A DNA stretch of 54,215 bases, from positions 1-54,215 of the forward strand of contig WQZZ01000002.1 of NCBI GenBank assembly GCA_009780485.1, given 5' to 3'. The DNA comes from Defluviitaleaceae bacterium. GTDB taxonomy: Bacteria; Bacillota; Clostridia; Lachnospirales; WRAX01. This document shows positions 1 to 8,924 of the stretch, piece by piece. The position numbers and the translations under genes were made by a program. Each line of letters begins with the position of its first letter. Position 1 is the first letter of the stretch. The notes under the pieces were generated by a model, which was not told where the DNA came from, ran no database searches, and worked only from the letters and a program-made list of their open reading frames with translations.

Positions 1-129
1 AACCCACTAACAGGTGATGATGGACCAAACACAAATGCAGGTGTCCTAGCAGTTCCGTTCTTTGCAAGCTTCGCAGCTCTGTTTGGAGCTTTGATGAGAA
101 GGCGTAAGGATGGTAAGGGTGTTAGGTAG
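1..129 (+). CDS. 3' end of a surface protein gene carrying a sortase-type C-terminal sorting signal (partial, start outside window)
   Basis: Frame 1 reads NPLTGDDGPNTNAGVLAVPFFASFAALFGALMRRRKDGKGVR-stop (TAG 127-129): xPxTG-like motif, hydrophobic segment, R/K-rich tail. Confidence 0.55.
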   Translation, partial: NPLTGDDGPNTNAGVLAVPFFASFAALFGALMRRRKDGKGVR

Positions 130-202
130 GGGTTAGGAGTGTTAATAAAGACCTGTCGCACAATAATTAGACATACTATGTTATTCATATATGCGTAAGG
201 GT

Positions 203-246
203 GGTCTGGCTAACTTACTCGAATGAAAATTGTGGTTAGTCAGACC
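203..246 (+). terminator. stem-loop downstream of the surface protein gene (weak terminator candidate)
   Basis: GGTCTGGCTAAC (203-214) pairs with GTTAGTCAGACC (235-246), 12 bp with one G-U. The loop is 20 nt and the T tract is poor. Confidence 0.3.
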
Positions 247-297
247 ATTTGAATATGAAAGCAGAGCTGCGATGCGGATGTAATTACAATCTTAACC

Positions 298-469
298 AAC
301 AAAAACAACCCCTCATCTACTGGATTACACATTCCTCTTTCAACCCTTCATATGCCTCTCGTCCCGCTCGAAATGGAAAGCGCACTTCCCGAGTATTCTC
401 CCATGGGACGAGTGAAGGATTTGATATGAGGGAGTTTGTGTAGTCTGGTGGATGGGGGGTTGTTTTGTT
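298..469. repeat. ~170-nt extended imperfect palindrome (MITE-like element or long-hairpin ncRNA)
   Basis: AACAAAAACAACCCCTCATCTACTGGATTACACA (298-331) matches the reverse complement of TGTGTAGTCTGGTGGATGGGGGGTTGTTTTGTT (437-469). Inner arms CTCGTCCC (358-365) and GGGACGAG (405-412) also pair. ORFs here (249-443, 340-545) lack RBS. Confidence 0.5.
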
Positions 470-865
470 TGAGGGAATATGTTTTCTGGATGTACTGTAA
501 TTTCGACAAAAAAACCAGCCACTTCAGGTGTGAACTGCACCCCAAAAGTTAGAAATTAAAACTAACTGTTTGAAGTCACTTTCCCTTTATGGCAAAATAA
601 AACTATCAGTAAAAACTCGAAGTAGTGCTAGGGGTAATTAGAAGGTGGATTATCATTCAATGATGCCGTAAATATCGTTGGAGTCAAGAACAAAAATGAG
701 TGAGAATGTATTAAGTTTACGATATCATATGACCCAAAAATATGAAAGTCAAAAGGTAGACTTGATTAAAATTTGGCTACCGAAAATTAGTGATTAATGC
801 TTACTTAAAAAGTTACAAATGGACTATAGTCAATAAAGTAGACGCAATTTCATAAAACAACTTAT

Positions 866-966
866 CATTCGCCATAAAACTCCTTCCCCTTCTCATCGGG
901 TGAAAGAAAATCATTGGCTGAATGGGGTCTATCTTTGTTATAGAAACCTTCTATGTACTCAAACAG
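866..966 (-). pseudogene. IS3-family transposase (rve integrase core) C-terminal remnant
   Basis: Minus strand reads LFEYIEGFYNKDRPHSANDFLSPDEKGKEFYGE-stop (stop 866-868), the conserved tail of IS3 OrfB. The rest of the gene is absent. Confidence 0.5.
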
Positions 967-968
967 CG

Positions 969-1130
969 ATAGGTTTCGAACTTAATCCTCGATATTTGCT
1001 AGACGCACTAAGAGTAATTACCACGGAGCAGGTGCGGATGGATTTTAGTAATCAGACATCACCTTGCATCATAACACCAGATGATGACGATGACAACAAG
1101 CACCTTGTATTACCACTAAGAATGAGATAA
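969..1130 (+). pseudogene. dnaN: DNA polymerase III beta sliding-clamp C-terminal fragment
   Basis: IGFELNPRYLLDALRVITTEQVRMDFSNQTSPCIITPDDDDDNKHLVLPLRMR-stop matches the clamp C-terminal signature (IGFNxxYLLDAL ... lMPmR). Only ~54 aa remain and they abut the IS3 remnant. Confidence 0.6.
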
Positions 1131-1145
1131 GAGGGGTGATAAAAA

Positions 1146-1506
1146 ATGCCTTATGACTACGACCCGCACCAAACCCCACCACCACAACGCTCCATGCCCC
1201 GTGATGAGCAAGCTGAACTTGCCTTAATCTCATCAATGCTTTTCGACAGCGAAGCCCTAGCCATCGGAGCAGAGAGGGTAAAGTCCACAGACCTATATAG
1301 GCTGGATTATAGGGTGATTTTCACGGCTTTAGCAGAATTGCACAATGCCAAACTGCCCTGTTGACTTAATCACCCTAAAAAACAGATTAGAGGAGCAAGA
1401 AGCATTTGACAAGATAGGTGGTAATGAAACCCTTGCCGTTATCTCCACCGCCGTGTCAACATCAGCCAGGAAATCCAAACAGAGGTTATGCGGGTTCGTT
1501 TTTTAA
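1146..1506 (+). pseudogene. dnaB: replicative DNA helicase N-terminal domain fragment, frameshifted at the CCC run 1356-1358 and truncated
   Basis: RDEQAELALISSMLFDSEALAIGAERVKSTDLYRLDYRVIFTALAELHNAKLP continues one base out of frame as VDLITLKNRLEEQEAFDKIGGNETLAVISTAVSTSA, the DnaB N-terminal domain. No RecA-like ATPase domain follows. Confidence 0.6.
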
Positions 1507-1632
1507 TTAAACGCTTGGAGTTGGCTGGATGGAATGGACATGATATTGGCGTAGTTAGTACCATAATTCATTGCCATTTTGAAGAACACCCCCACGATAA
1601 ATATATCAATATCAACATCGGGTAATTATTCC

Positions 1633-1670
1633 AAATTTGCCGATAAACGTAATTGTTTATCGGCAAATTT
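1633..1670. promoter_or_regulatory. perfect 16-bp inverted repeat (operator or hairpin) immediately upstream of the 1692 ORF
   Basis: AAATTTGCCGATAAAC gtaatt GTTTATCGGCAAATTT. Confidence 0.4.
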
Positions 1671-1691
1671 TATAACAAGGAAGTGATTAGC

Positions 1692-2102
1692 ATGAAAGTT
1701 ACAGAAACAATTCAATTTTTAATAGAACAAAGAGCATATTGCCTTGAAATGTTGATGCAAGATGGTATGAGGGCGGGGGAGCATTACGCACAAAAGGCGG
1801 CTTGGCTGTCACAAATCTTGATAGGCATAACAGCTTATCCACTTGTGGAAGGTGAAGTGACAGGGCGTATGATTATGGCTACTGGCGAAATACCCTATCT
1901 TAAAATGGCATGGGATGCACTAGAGGAAGTTGAAAACCTGTGGCGGTATTACCAAACCACAGGCAATGATAAATGGCGGCAAATTTCTCTTGCGCATTTG
2001 GGGTACGAAGAATTTTACACCGAAGCGGGCCGAGCGGCAGGGTATAGCGGATTTGGGCAGGTGGACGATAGACTCAGGGAGTTAGAAAAGATTGTCAAGT
2101 AA
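1692..2102 (+). CDS. hypothetical protein (136 aa)
   Basis: ATG at 1692 is preceded by an AAGGAAG RBS. The ORF-track start at 1653 lies inside the hairpin and has no RBS. No recognisable motif. Confidence 0.5.
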   Translation: MKVTETIQFLIEQRAYCLEMLMQDGMRAGEHYAQKAAWLSQILIGITAYPLVEGEVTGRMIMATGEIPYLKMAWDALEEVENLWRYYQTTGNDKWRQISLAHLGYEEFYTEAGRAAGYSGFGQVDDRLRELEKIVK

Positions 2103-2204
2103 TTTCTATTTCAAGTGGCATTTTTGACTACATTCTGACCACTTGACACCAAAATGACTACGCAAAATCTACAACTTTTAGATAAAATTAAGCAAAATTG
2201 AAGC

Positions 2205-2248
2205 AAGAAAAAACCCCGATAATCATTGTAGTTATCGGGGTTTTGTTT
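2205..2248. terminator. bidirectional rho-independent terminator
   Basis: A-run, CCCCGATAA (2214-2222) / TTATCGGGG (2232-2240), T-run. It could serve tRNA-Arg (minus) and the 1692 ORF (plus). Confidence 0.7.
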
Positions 2249-2250
2249 TA

Positions 2251-2324
2251 CGTGTGCATGAGGATTTGAACCCCAGACCTTCTGATCCGTAGTCAGACGC
2301 TCTGTCCAGCTGAGCTATGCACAC
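2251..2324 (-). tRNA. tRNA-Arg, anticodon ACG; CCA not encoded
   Basis: Reverse complement is GTGTGCATAGCTCAGCTGGACAGAGCGTCTGACTACGGATCAGAAGGTCTGGGGTTCAAATCCTCATGCACACG. Acceptor GTGTGCA/TGCACAC, D arm GCTC/GAGC, anticodon arm TCTGA-CTACGGA-TCAGA, T arm with TTCAAAT loop. Confidence 0.92.
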
Positions 2325-2444
2325 ATCGCTACTGTTTTAAGCAACAAAAGATATTATACAACATCCCCAAACAAAAAGCAAGCCTTTTTTGAAATTTTTT
2401 TAATGTATTTTGTGGGGCTGTAAATGCAGGTTGTGGTTTATCTG

Positions 2445-2473
2445 TTGACTTGTGTGTCAATGCTTGCTATAAT
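2445..2473 (+). promoter_or_regulatory. sigma-A-type promoter of the LytTR operon
   Basis: TTGACT (2445-2450), 17-nt spacer, TATAAT (2468-2473). Confidence 0.6.
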
Positions 2474-2493
2474 GGGCTTACCGAGGTGAGGAA

Positions 2494-2952
2494 ATGCGTC
2501 TAACCGCCGAAAAAAATGCGGATTTGGATGACGATTATATCCATATAAAATACAGAGAGATGACACCCACCATAAACAAAATTTTCCAAATTTGTCAGGT
2601 AGAAGGGTCTGTTTTGCTGTGTGAAAAAGACGAGGCTACCCATCGTGTGGATGTGGGCGATGTGTTGTATATAGAATGGGTGGACAGTCGCAGTTGCATT
2701 TACACTAAAGACCATGTTCTCACCATCCCGTCTTCCCTGGCACAGCTGGAAGAAGCCCTAAGCAAGCGTAACTTTATCCGAATCAGCAAGTCTACCTTGG
2801 TAAATATCTGGAAGATACAGTCAGTGGCATCGGGGTTAAACTTCAAACTGACGGCAGAACTGCTCAATGGCGAAAAAGTTGTGGTCAGCCGTCATTACCG
2901 TGCGGGACTGTTATCGGCAATCAACACTTTGGCTAAGGAGGTGGGCAAATAA
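2494..2952 (+). CDS. LytTR-family DNA-binding protein (no receiver domain)
   Basis: GAGGTGAGGAA RBS. The C-terminal half (VLYIEWVDSRSCIYTKDHVLTIPSSLAQLEEALSKRNFIRISKSTLVNIWKIQSV) is the LytTR fold signature. Confidence 0.8.
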   Translation: MRLTAEKNADLDDDYIHIKYREMTPTINKIFQICQVEGSVLLCEKDEATHRVDVGDVLYIEWVDSRSCIYTKDHVLTIPSSLAQLEEALSKRNFIRISKSTLVNIWKIQSVASGLNFKLTAELLNGEKVVVSRHYRAGLLSAINTLAKEVGK

Positions 2953-3422
2953 TGCGGCGTTTTGCTTTTGAAAGTTTGTTTGAAGGCAACAAGTTGGTAA
3001 TTGCCTGTGTTTTCTTCACCATATTTGTTGTTATCAATGCAATTATACAAGCCATCCTTGGTGTGGAACTTAACTTAAACTTAGCCTTTGTATTTGCTAG
3101 TTTTATTGTTATCACAGCAAACCTTTTACCCATTTGGTTCTTCCAAAAACTGGAGGAGAAGGGGCGGATAAGCTTACAAAGTTACTACTTTTGGAGTGGC
3201 TACCCCATGCACTATTTTATATCGGCAGGCTTGTTGACAATCGCACTAGGCATCTACCATATTTTTAACACCATAACCATTACAATTTTTTTAACAAATC
3301 TTGTATCTTACACAGTTGTCTATGTGGCATTTGCCTTGGGGTCGGCTGTGTTTTACCAGATACAAATAATCATCGCCAACCGAAATCTTAAAAAAATCAT
3401 AAAAAGTAGAGGAGAGAAGTAA
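2952..3422 (+). CDS. small multi-pass membrane protein (DUF3021-like partner of LytTR regulators)
   Basis: Overlaps the LytTR stop (ATAATG). About four hydrophobic helices. LytTR plus a small membrane protein is a recurrent Firmicutes pair. Confidence 0.55.
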   Translation: MRRFAFESLFEGNKLVIACVFFTIFVVINAIIQAILGVELNLNLAFVFASFIVITANLLPIWFFQKLEEKGRISLQSYYFWSGYPMHYFISAGLLTIALGIYHIFNTITITIFLTNLVSYTVVYVAFALGSAVFYQIQIIIANRNLKKIIKSRGEK

Positions 3423-4201
3423 TGATTAAACTGGATGCTTTTCAATTAAAATGTTTTGCCATTGTGGCAATGGTGCTAAACCACATGACTGTAACTTGGT
3501 GGAATTTGTTGCCAATGTGGCTAATTTTCCCTATGTATGCAATTGGTGGGGCAACCTTCCCAATTATGGCGTTTTTTGTGGTGGAGGGGTATCGCCACAC
3601 ATCAAGCCTTAAAAAGTACATTTTGCGTCTGTTTATATTTGCATTAATTGCAACACCATTCCATTTTATGGCATTGGTTATGCCGCTTAGTGGCGGAATA
3701 CTTTTAGCCTATCCCTATCTGAACATTTTGTACAGCATAATTGCCAGCCTGTTGGTGCTAGTGCTTTATGACAAAATCAAAATCAAGCTGCTGTTTTGGC
3801 TGTTGATATTCCCGATAATCGCAGTCCTTTCGTTCTTCTTATTGGAATGGTACTTTGTTAGCATTACCACTGTACTTCTGTTCCACGTCATCAATAACGA
3901 AAAGGCAAGGCGCATCGTTCCGCCACTTGTTGCGGGGGTTCTATGGCTGGGGCTTGGTTTTGTGTCTGGCTCGATGCCATTAGAAGTTTTTGGGGACATG
4001 GATATTCTTATCACAAACCCAGACCTTTATAGGGTTATGCCAACATTTGCCATTGGTTGCGTAATTGCGGGCTTGTTGCTAATGGGCTTCACAGGCGAAC
4101 GTGGCAGACGCATGAAATGGCTGTTTTACGCCTTCTACCCATCACATCTTGCTCTATTATGGGCAGGTGCAATGCTGTTCCGTGCATTAGGCTGGATGTA
4201 G
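3422..4201 (+). CDS. TraX-family membrane protein
   Basis: N-terminus LDAFQLKCFAIVAMVLNHM and a polytopic hydrophobic profile are typical of TraX family proteins. Start is coupled to the previous stop (TAATG). Confidence 0.65.
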   Translation: MIKLDAFQLKCFAIVAMVLNHMTVTWWNLLPMWLIFPMYAIGGATFPIMAFFVVEGYRHTSSLKKYILRLFIFALIATPFHFMALVMPLSGGILLAYPYLNILYSIIASLLVLVLYDKIKIKLLFWLLIFPIIAVLSFFLLEWYFVSITTVLLFHVINNEKARRIVPPLVAGVLWLGLGFVSGSMPLEVFGDMDILITNPDLYRVMPTFAIGCVIAGLLLMGFTGERGRRMKWLFYAFYPSHLALLWAGAMLFRALGWM

Positions 4202-4210
4202 CATTAACCA

Positions 4211-4254
4211 ACAACACGCCATTGTAGACTTTGTCCCAATGGCGTGTTGTTTTA
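4211..4254. terminator. bidirectional terminator between convergent genes
   Basis: ACAACACGCCATTG (4211-4224) pairs with CAATGGCGTGTTGT (4237-4250), followed by TTT. Confidence 0.7.
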
Positions 4255-4686
4255 TTATCCCGCAAATCCACTCATCAATTGCCAACAAACACCAAATTTA
4301 TCTTCCAGCACAACATAAGCGGTGCAGTAAGTGGTGCTAGTCATGGGCGTTAAAATAGTTGCTTCGTCATAAAGCAGCTTATAAGCGTCATTCAACTCCT
4401 CATCAGAATTAAATTCTACTATAAAACTAACATTATTCGCTTTACCTTTCACGGTTTCGTCAAGCAGTCCCATAGAATCGTCAGCCAAGTCCATGCGTTT
4501 ACCACCTATGGTAATTTGGGAGTAAAATACAAAATCTTCCTCACCAACTTTGCACTCAAAATCCTCGGAATTTGCATCCTTAAAAAGTATCTTTTCCCGA
4601 ACTTTTGCACCAAAGGTGACTTTGTAAAGTTCTATGGCTTCGTTGCATTGCCCCTTAAAGGAAAGGCATGGTACTAATTTAGGCAT
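4255..4686 (-). CDS. VOC-superfamily protein, PhnB-like (glyoxalase/bleomycin-resistance fold)
   Basis: Start MPKLVPCLSFKGQCNEAIELYKVTFGA follows a GGAGGG RBS and the C-terminus is LEDKFGVCWQL. These match the PhnB/3-demethylubiquinone-methyltransferase-like domain pattern. The track start at 4758 lacks an RBS. Confidence 0.65.
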   Translation of the reverse strand: MPKLVPCLSFKGQCNEAIELYKVTFGAKVREKILFKDANSEDFECKVGEEDFVFYSQITIGGKRMDLADDSMGLLDETVKGKANNVSFIVEFNSDEELNDAYKLLYDEATILTPMTSTTYCTAYVVLEDKFGVCWQLMSGFAG

Positions 4687-4960
4687 AATATCCCTCCATA
4701 TTTGGTTTTGCGGAAAGAACAATCTTTCTCTCCGCCCATCAATATCATTGTAAACCATTACGTAACGTAAAGGTCAAGTGTTTTTTGAAATTAATTTTAT
4801 AGGCTTAAGAACCCTTATATTCCTTTGTGCTAGTTGCAATCATTCTGGATTTAGGGTATGATATATACTAGGCATCAAAATTATAGTGAATGGAATACAA
4901 TCACCAAAGCAGTGACATAATTAAACTGTGATATTGTAGTATTAAGAGCGGAGGAAGCAC

Positions 4961-5878
4961 ATGGACGGCAAAAAGATTTCTGTAATAACTGGGGTTCACA
5001 ATACAGGGGCGTATCTCGACAAGTGCATAACCTCGGTTCTGTCACAAACCCATAGCAATTTAGAGTTTATAATCGTCGATAACGAATCTACAGACAACAG
5101 TGCAGAGATTGTGCGTAAATATTTAGGCGACGATAGGATTAAATTTATACAGCAGAAAAATGCAGGGCCATCAGGGGCGAGAAACAAGGGCTTAGATGTT
5201 GCCACAGGCGATTATATTACATTCATAGACAGCGATGATTGGATAGAACCCGCAAAATACGAAAAAATGCTTAATGTTATGCAAGACACTGGGTCAGACA
5301 TCGTGGTTTGTGACTTTAATCTGGTATATGAAGACGGGCAACCAGAGCAACCAAAATATTCAAACACCCAAGACCAAGTTATAGATTTACAAGAAGACTT
5401 GCAAGAATATCTCGCTAGGTGCTTAATCAAGCCCAGAACCAACAATTACATTTGGTCACGGCTTTACAGAACCGAAACCATACAAAATACAGGTCTACGC
5501 TTTGAAAGTCTTACCCTAGGCGATGACACCTTGTTTAACTTCCAACTATTAGCCCATGTTGGCAAAATAGCTTTTGTGAAAGACGGTTTCTACAACTATC
5601 TCCAAAGAAAGTCGTCGCTAATACATTCCCACGCAAAAAAAGAGCCACTAGCAAACTGCTATGCCGACCAATTTGACTTTTTGGTTAAGCATTACAAAGC
5701 CAGTGGCAACCAAGAGTTAATAGACAGCCTACCAATTTTTGCCTTCACAAGAATGAGAAGCGTATTTTTCTACTCCCGTTTAGCTGGAATGACAAACGGC
5801 GAAATCATCGAAATGCTGAAAGTGGATTGGAAGGGCAGGCAAATCGTTAATTATATAACAGGGATGCCCACAACCTAA
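4961..5878 (+). CDS. family 2 glycosyltransferase
   Basis: ISVITGVHNTGAYLDKCITSVLSQTHSNLEFIIVDNESTDNS ... FIDSDDW: GT-A fold with DxD. Confidence 0.85.
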   Translation: MDGKKISVITGVHNTGAYLDKCITSVLSQTHSNLEFIIVDNESTDNSAEIVRKYLGDDRIKFIQQKNAGPSGARNKGLDVATGDYITFIDSDDWIEPAKYEKMLNVMQDTGSDIVVCDFNLVYEDGQPEQPKYSNTQDQVIDLQEDLQEYLARCLIKPRTNNYIWSRLYRTETIQNTGLRFESLTLGDDTLFNFQLLAHVGKIAFVKDGFYNYLQRKSSLIHSHAKKEPLANCYADQFDFLVKHYKASGNQELIDSLPIFAFTRMRSVFFYSRLAGMTNGEIIEMLKVDWKGRQIVNYITGMPTT

Positions 5879-7032
5879 ATAAAATCAAGATATTCCGAAG
5901 TTTGCTTTTTCCATTCCCTTGCCTTTTCGGTGAGGTTTAAGCGGACTTCTTTTTCATTTGCTTCAAGCACCTTAAAAGCAGTCTTTACAACATAAGGTTC
6001 TTCTATTTCTTTAATGTCTATCACAAATTGACCCACGCCCAAATCCTCGGCAATGCCCGTGGACTTATTGGTTTTCCCAAGTACAATGGTAGGCACTCCC
6101 GTGGAATAGGCAGCAACAGAAGCGTGAAACCTAGCACATATCAAAAACCCACACTTTGATATAGCAAACTTACGCTGAGCCGCAGAAAGTTTATTGTCAA
6201 CCAGCCATACACGAGAACGCAAGTTCGGCGGGACATATTCCGCAATCTCTGCCAAGGTTTCCAAGTCATTATCAACAGGCATAACAACATGGGGTATCAG
6301 CATAATGGATTTATCAGTTTCTAACAGCACATAATCAATTAGATTTAATATATTTTTCTTGATTATGCCCGCCACCTTCTCTTTGCGGGTTATAAGTGGT
6401 CCAACATTAATCCCGACTGCACGCCCATCAGCAAATTCTTCGCCCTTCGGAAATTCAAACCCCTCTGGTTCTAATCCAAACGCAGGGTCAGGCAACAGAT
6501 GGATATTTGCCGAAACACCACTATCACGCAAGGCTTTAAGCGTCTTTGTTTCTCTTGGAAGTATATGAGTGTAAGAACTTAAAACACCAACCATTTTTGG
6601 TGTAATGGCAGATGGTTCTATAGAGCATCCCCACAATATGCTCTTAGCACCTTTCTGTACAGCCACCTCTTGAAAAACTTCCAGCCTATACCAGTTATTG
6701 TAACAAAAATTGTCCCCACCAACAGAAATTAATACCGTATCAGAGGTAACAGACAGCAGTGCATCTGAATACATTTTTCGTGCAGCACTTCTCTTTTCCT
6801 CCCACGACGATGCCTGCCTTTCCTCATCCCATGCTTGGTTATTAACGGAAAATAACACATCAGCATCCAGTTTAAGCTCCAAATCCTGCTCAGGAAAATG
6901 CGAGGACACAGCAATATGTGCTTCTTTACCATATTTCTCTCTAATTATAGAAATGGTGGTGCTGGCTATTGCCTCAGCCCCGTGGTTATAAGACCCAGGG
7001 TGGGCATAAAGTAAAAATCTTTTCATTTTCAT
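5875..7032 (-). CDS. polysaccharide pyruvyl transferase family protein
   Basis: N-terminal YAHPGSYNHGAEAI, GGDNF motif and C-terminal ARFHASVAAYSTGVPT are typical of the CsaB/WcaK-type pyruvyl transferase family. Confidence 0.7.
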   Translation of the reverse strand: MKMKRFLLYAHPGSYNHGAEAIASTTISIIREKYGKEAHIAVSSHFPEQDLELKLDADVLFSVNNQAWDEERQASSWEEKRSAARKMYSDALLSVTSDTVLISVGGDNFCYNNWYRLEVFQEVAVQKGAKSILWGCSIEPSAITPKMVGVLSSYTHILPRETKTLKALRDSGVSANIHLLPDPAFGLEPEGFEFPKGEEFADGRAVGINVGPLITRKEKVAGIIKKNILNLIDYVLLETDKSIMLIPHVVMPVDNDLETLAEIAEYVPPNLRSRVWLVDNKLSAAQRKFAISKCGFLICARFHASVAAYSTGVPTIVLGKTNKSTGIAEDLGVGQFVIDIKEIEEPYVVKTAFKVLEANEKEVRLNLTEKAREWKKQTSEYLDFI

Positions 7033-8012
7033 TCACCCGCTTCATCAAATTTGCTTAGCACATTGGTTAAAGAAAGTTTGTGTTCCTCATGTACCCCAGA
7101 CCTTGCAAGGGCTTCTTTGGTGTATGGATGCTCCAAAATATCCTCTATTACTAGACGTTTCTCTAAGTCACTTAAATCGGATTTTAATGCCATATTTATT
7201 GTATACCCCACAGCAGCGGCATAGGTATTGTAAATGCGGTCAATGTTTTTTGTTGTCCCGCCGTTTCGCAACTCCAGATATTTCTTATATGAATCAAAAA
7301 TCTGCCTGTCAGACGCAACTCTGCCCTTGCTAAACTGATGGATTACAGAGCTTGGTGAAATATAATATTTATGATGACTTCCACCCAACACACCAACCTT
7401 ATTGGCGTGTCCAAAAACATGAAGTGCAAAAGATGTGTCCCTGCCATAAGCCAAAGAGGAAATGCTCTTATGCCAGTCAGCAATTTTAGCTCTTTTCAAG
7501 ACAGGGGCAGAATACAACTTGCCCCAAATGGTATACATAAACGGTAAGTAAACTGAAAACTTGTTGGCAAAATCGTCACCTTCTATGACAATGCTATCAC
7601 TTATAGCCCATCCACCGTCCATGGACACACCCGTTTCCGCTGACACCCTATCGTTACCACAGGCAACTATATCGCACTTATTTTCCTCCAAAAAAGCAAG
7701 TGCCTTTTCAAAAAAATCTAAACTGTATTCGTCATCGGCATCAAGTGTGCAGAAAAAGTGGCTATCTTCCATAGCGTCAATTATTCTATCCAACTTAAAC
7801 ATATCGTTGCAACCCTGATATGTGCGGTTTTCGTTTGTATAGAAAGGGATAACACGATGGTCTTTCTCAGCGTATTGTTCAACAATATTCCGAGTTTGAC
7901 CGTTGTCCTTTGAAGCGTTATCCATCAAATAAAGGCACAGATTTGGATATGTTTGGTTTAACACACTGTCAACCGCCCGATGTAATGTGTCTTTTGCGTT
8001 ATAGGCTCTCAT
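7029..8012 (-). CDS. family 2 glycosyltransferase (start uncertain)
   Basis: RAYNAKDTLHRAVDSVLNQTYPNLCLYLMDNASKDN ... TLDADDEY. The in-frame upstream codons (KGKIHVR) look like the first GT-A beta-strand but no ATG/GTG/TTG is available. Confidence 0.75.
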   Translation of the reverse strand: MRAYNAKDTLHRAVDSVLNQTYPNLCLYLMDNASKDNGQTRNIVEQYAEKDHRVIPFYTNENRTYQGCNDMFKLDRIIDAMEDSHFFCTLDADDEYSLDFFEKALAFLEENKCDIVACGNDRVSAETGVSMDGGWAISDSIVIEGDDFANKFSVYLPFMYTIWGKLYSAPVLKRAKIADWHKSISSLAYGRDTSFALHVFGHANKVGVLGGSHHKYYISPSSVIHQFSKGRVASDRQIFDSYKKYLELRNGGTTKNIDRIYNTYAAAVGYTINMALKSDLSDLEKRLVIEDILEHPYTKEALARSGVHEEHKLSLTNVLSKFDEAGE

Positions 8013-8062
8013 TCGGACGTGTATCTTTCCTTTATCGCTGTTTATAACACCAACCCCTTATA

Positions 8063-8923
8063 TTATAAATGTTCACCCAAACGTTCTAAATGGCTTTCAA
8101 ATCCCTCAAGGTTATTTGTTGTAATTAATTTGTGCATATTCCGCATAAACGCAACTTTAGATTTATTTATGCAGTCAGCAATCTCTGGTGCGTGCCTCAG
8201 CAGATAGTCTGCACGTGTATGATACATCTCTAAATACTCATCAAGCAACTGTGGTGTCAGCATCCTAGGATTTTCTATAAATGAAGTCATATTAGATGAA
8301 TGTTTTCTAAAATAGTAATAAGGCATATTGTGTACAGACACGCATTTGGCACGCTCAAAAAGCTTGTATATCACATGTATATCATCAATAAGCGTGTTTG
8401 TCGGCACTTGTATGCCATCCCAAAGTGTTCTACGGAAAAGCTTCGTTGGAGGTGCCACGTTATAAAGCTCTCTTTTCAGCAATTCCCTAAGCCCTTGCAA
8501 TCTCTCAAAGTCAAACCGAATATCGCCCACAAAGTAAGGTTTCAACTCACCTTCAAAGTCAAGGTAACTGCCACACATAGAAATGTCAGCACCATTACTT
8601 TCAGCCATAGAAACAAGGAAACTTAGCATTTCAGGCTTACATCTATCATCATCGTCAACACAGGTGATATAATCCCCAGTCGCCTCAAGCAAACCCGCAT
8701 TAAAACCAAGTGCTTTGCCCTTATTCTCATCCATGGTAATAAGCTTAACACGAGAATCCGATTGTGCGTATTGTTCGCAAATTTTATCAGTACCATCCGT
8801 AGAGCCGTTATTTACCAACAAAACCTCATAATCTTGAAAGGTTTGGTTTTTCAAGCAATCTATCATGGTAGGCAAAAAGTGTTCACGATTATAAGTAACA
8901 AGCAAAACACTTACTTTTGGCAT
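8063..8923 (-). CDS. family 2 glycosyltransferase
   Basis: MPKVSVLLVTYNREHFLPTMIDCLKNQTFQDYEVLLVNNGSTDGT ... CVDDDD. Confidence 0.85.
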   Translation of the reverse strand: MPKVSVLLVTYNREHFLPTMIDCLKNQTFQDYEVLLVNNGSTDGTDKICEQYAQSDSRVKLITMDENKGKALGFNAGLLEATGDYITCVDDDDRCKPEMLSFLVSMAESNGADISMCGSYLDFEGELKPYFVGDIRFDFERLQGLRELLKRELYNVAPPTKLFRRTLWDGIQVPTNTLIDDIHVIYKLFERAKCVSVHNMPYYYFRKHSSNMTSFIENPRMLTPQLLDEYLEMYHTRADYLLRHAPEIADCINKSKVAFMRNMHKLITTNNLEGFESHLERLGEHL

Positions 8924-8924
8924 T

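Noticed and set aside
900-968. First 23 codons of track ORF 900-1130 (MKENHWLNGVYLCYRNLLCTQTA)
   Set aside because: This part is the antisense of the IS3 transposase remnant. Only the portion from about 969 resembles DnaN.
1489-1629. 46-aa ORF (MRVRFLIKRLELAGWNGHD...) with a HicA-like opening
   Set aside because: Only the first ~15 residues resemble HicA and the conserved GSH/HP core is missing. Evidence is insufficient.
1655-1666. TATCGGCAA shared between the 1633-1670 hairpin and the BlaI-like operator at 48112-48120
   Set aside because: A 9-mer match is near chance expectation for a 54-kb window on two strands, and there is no supporting context.
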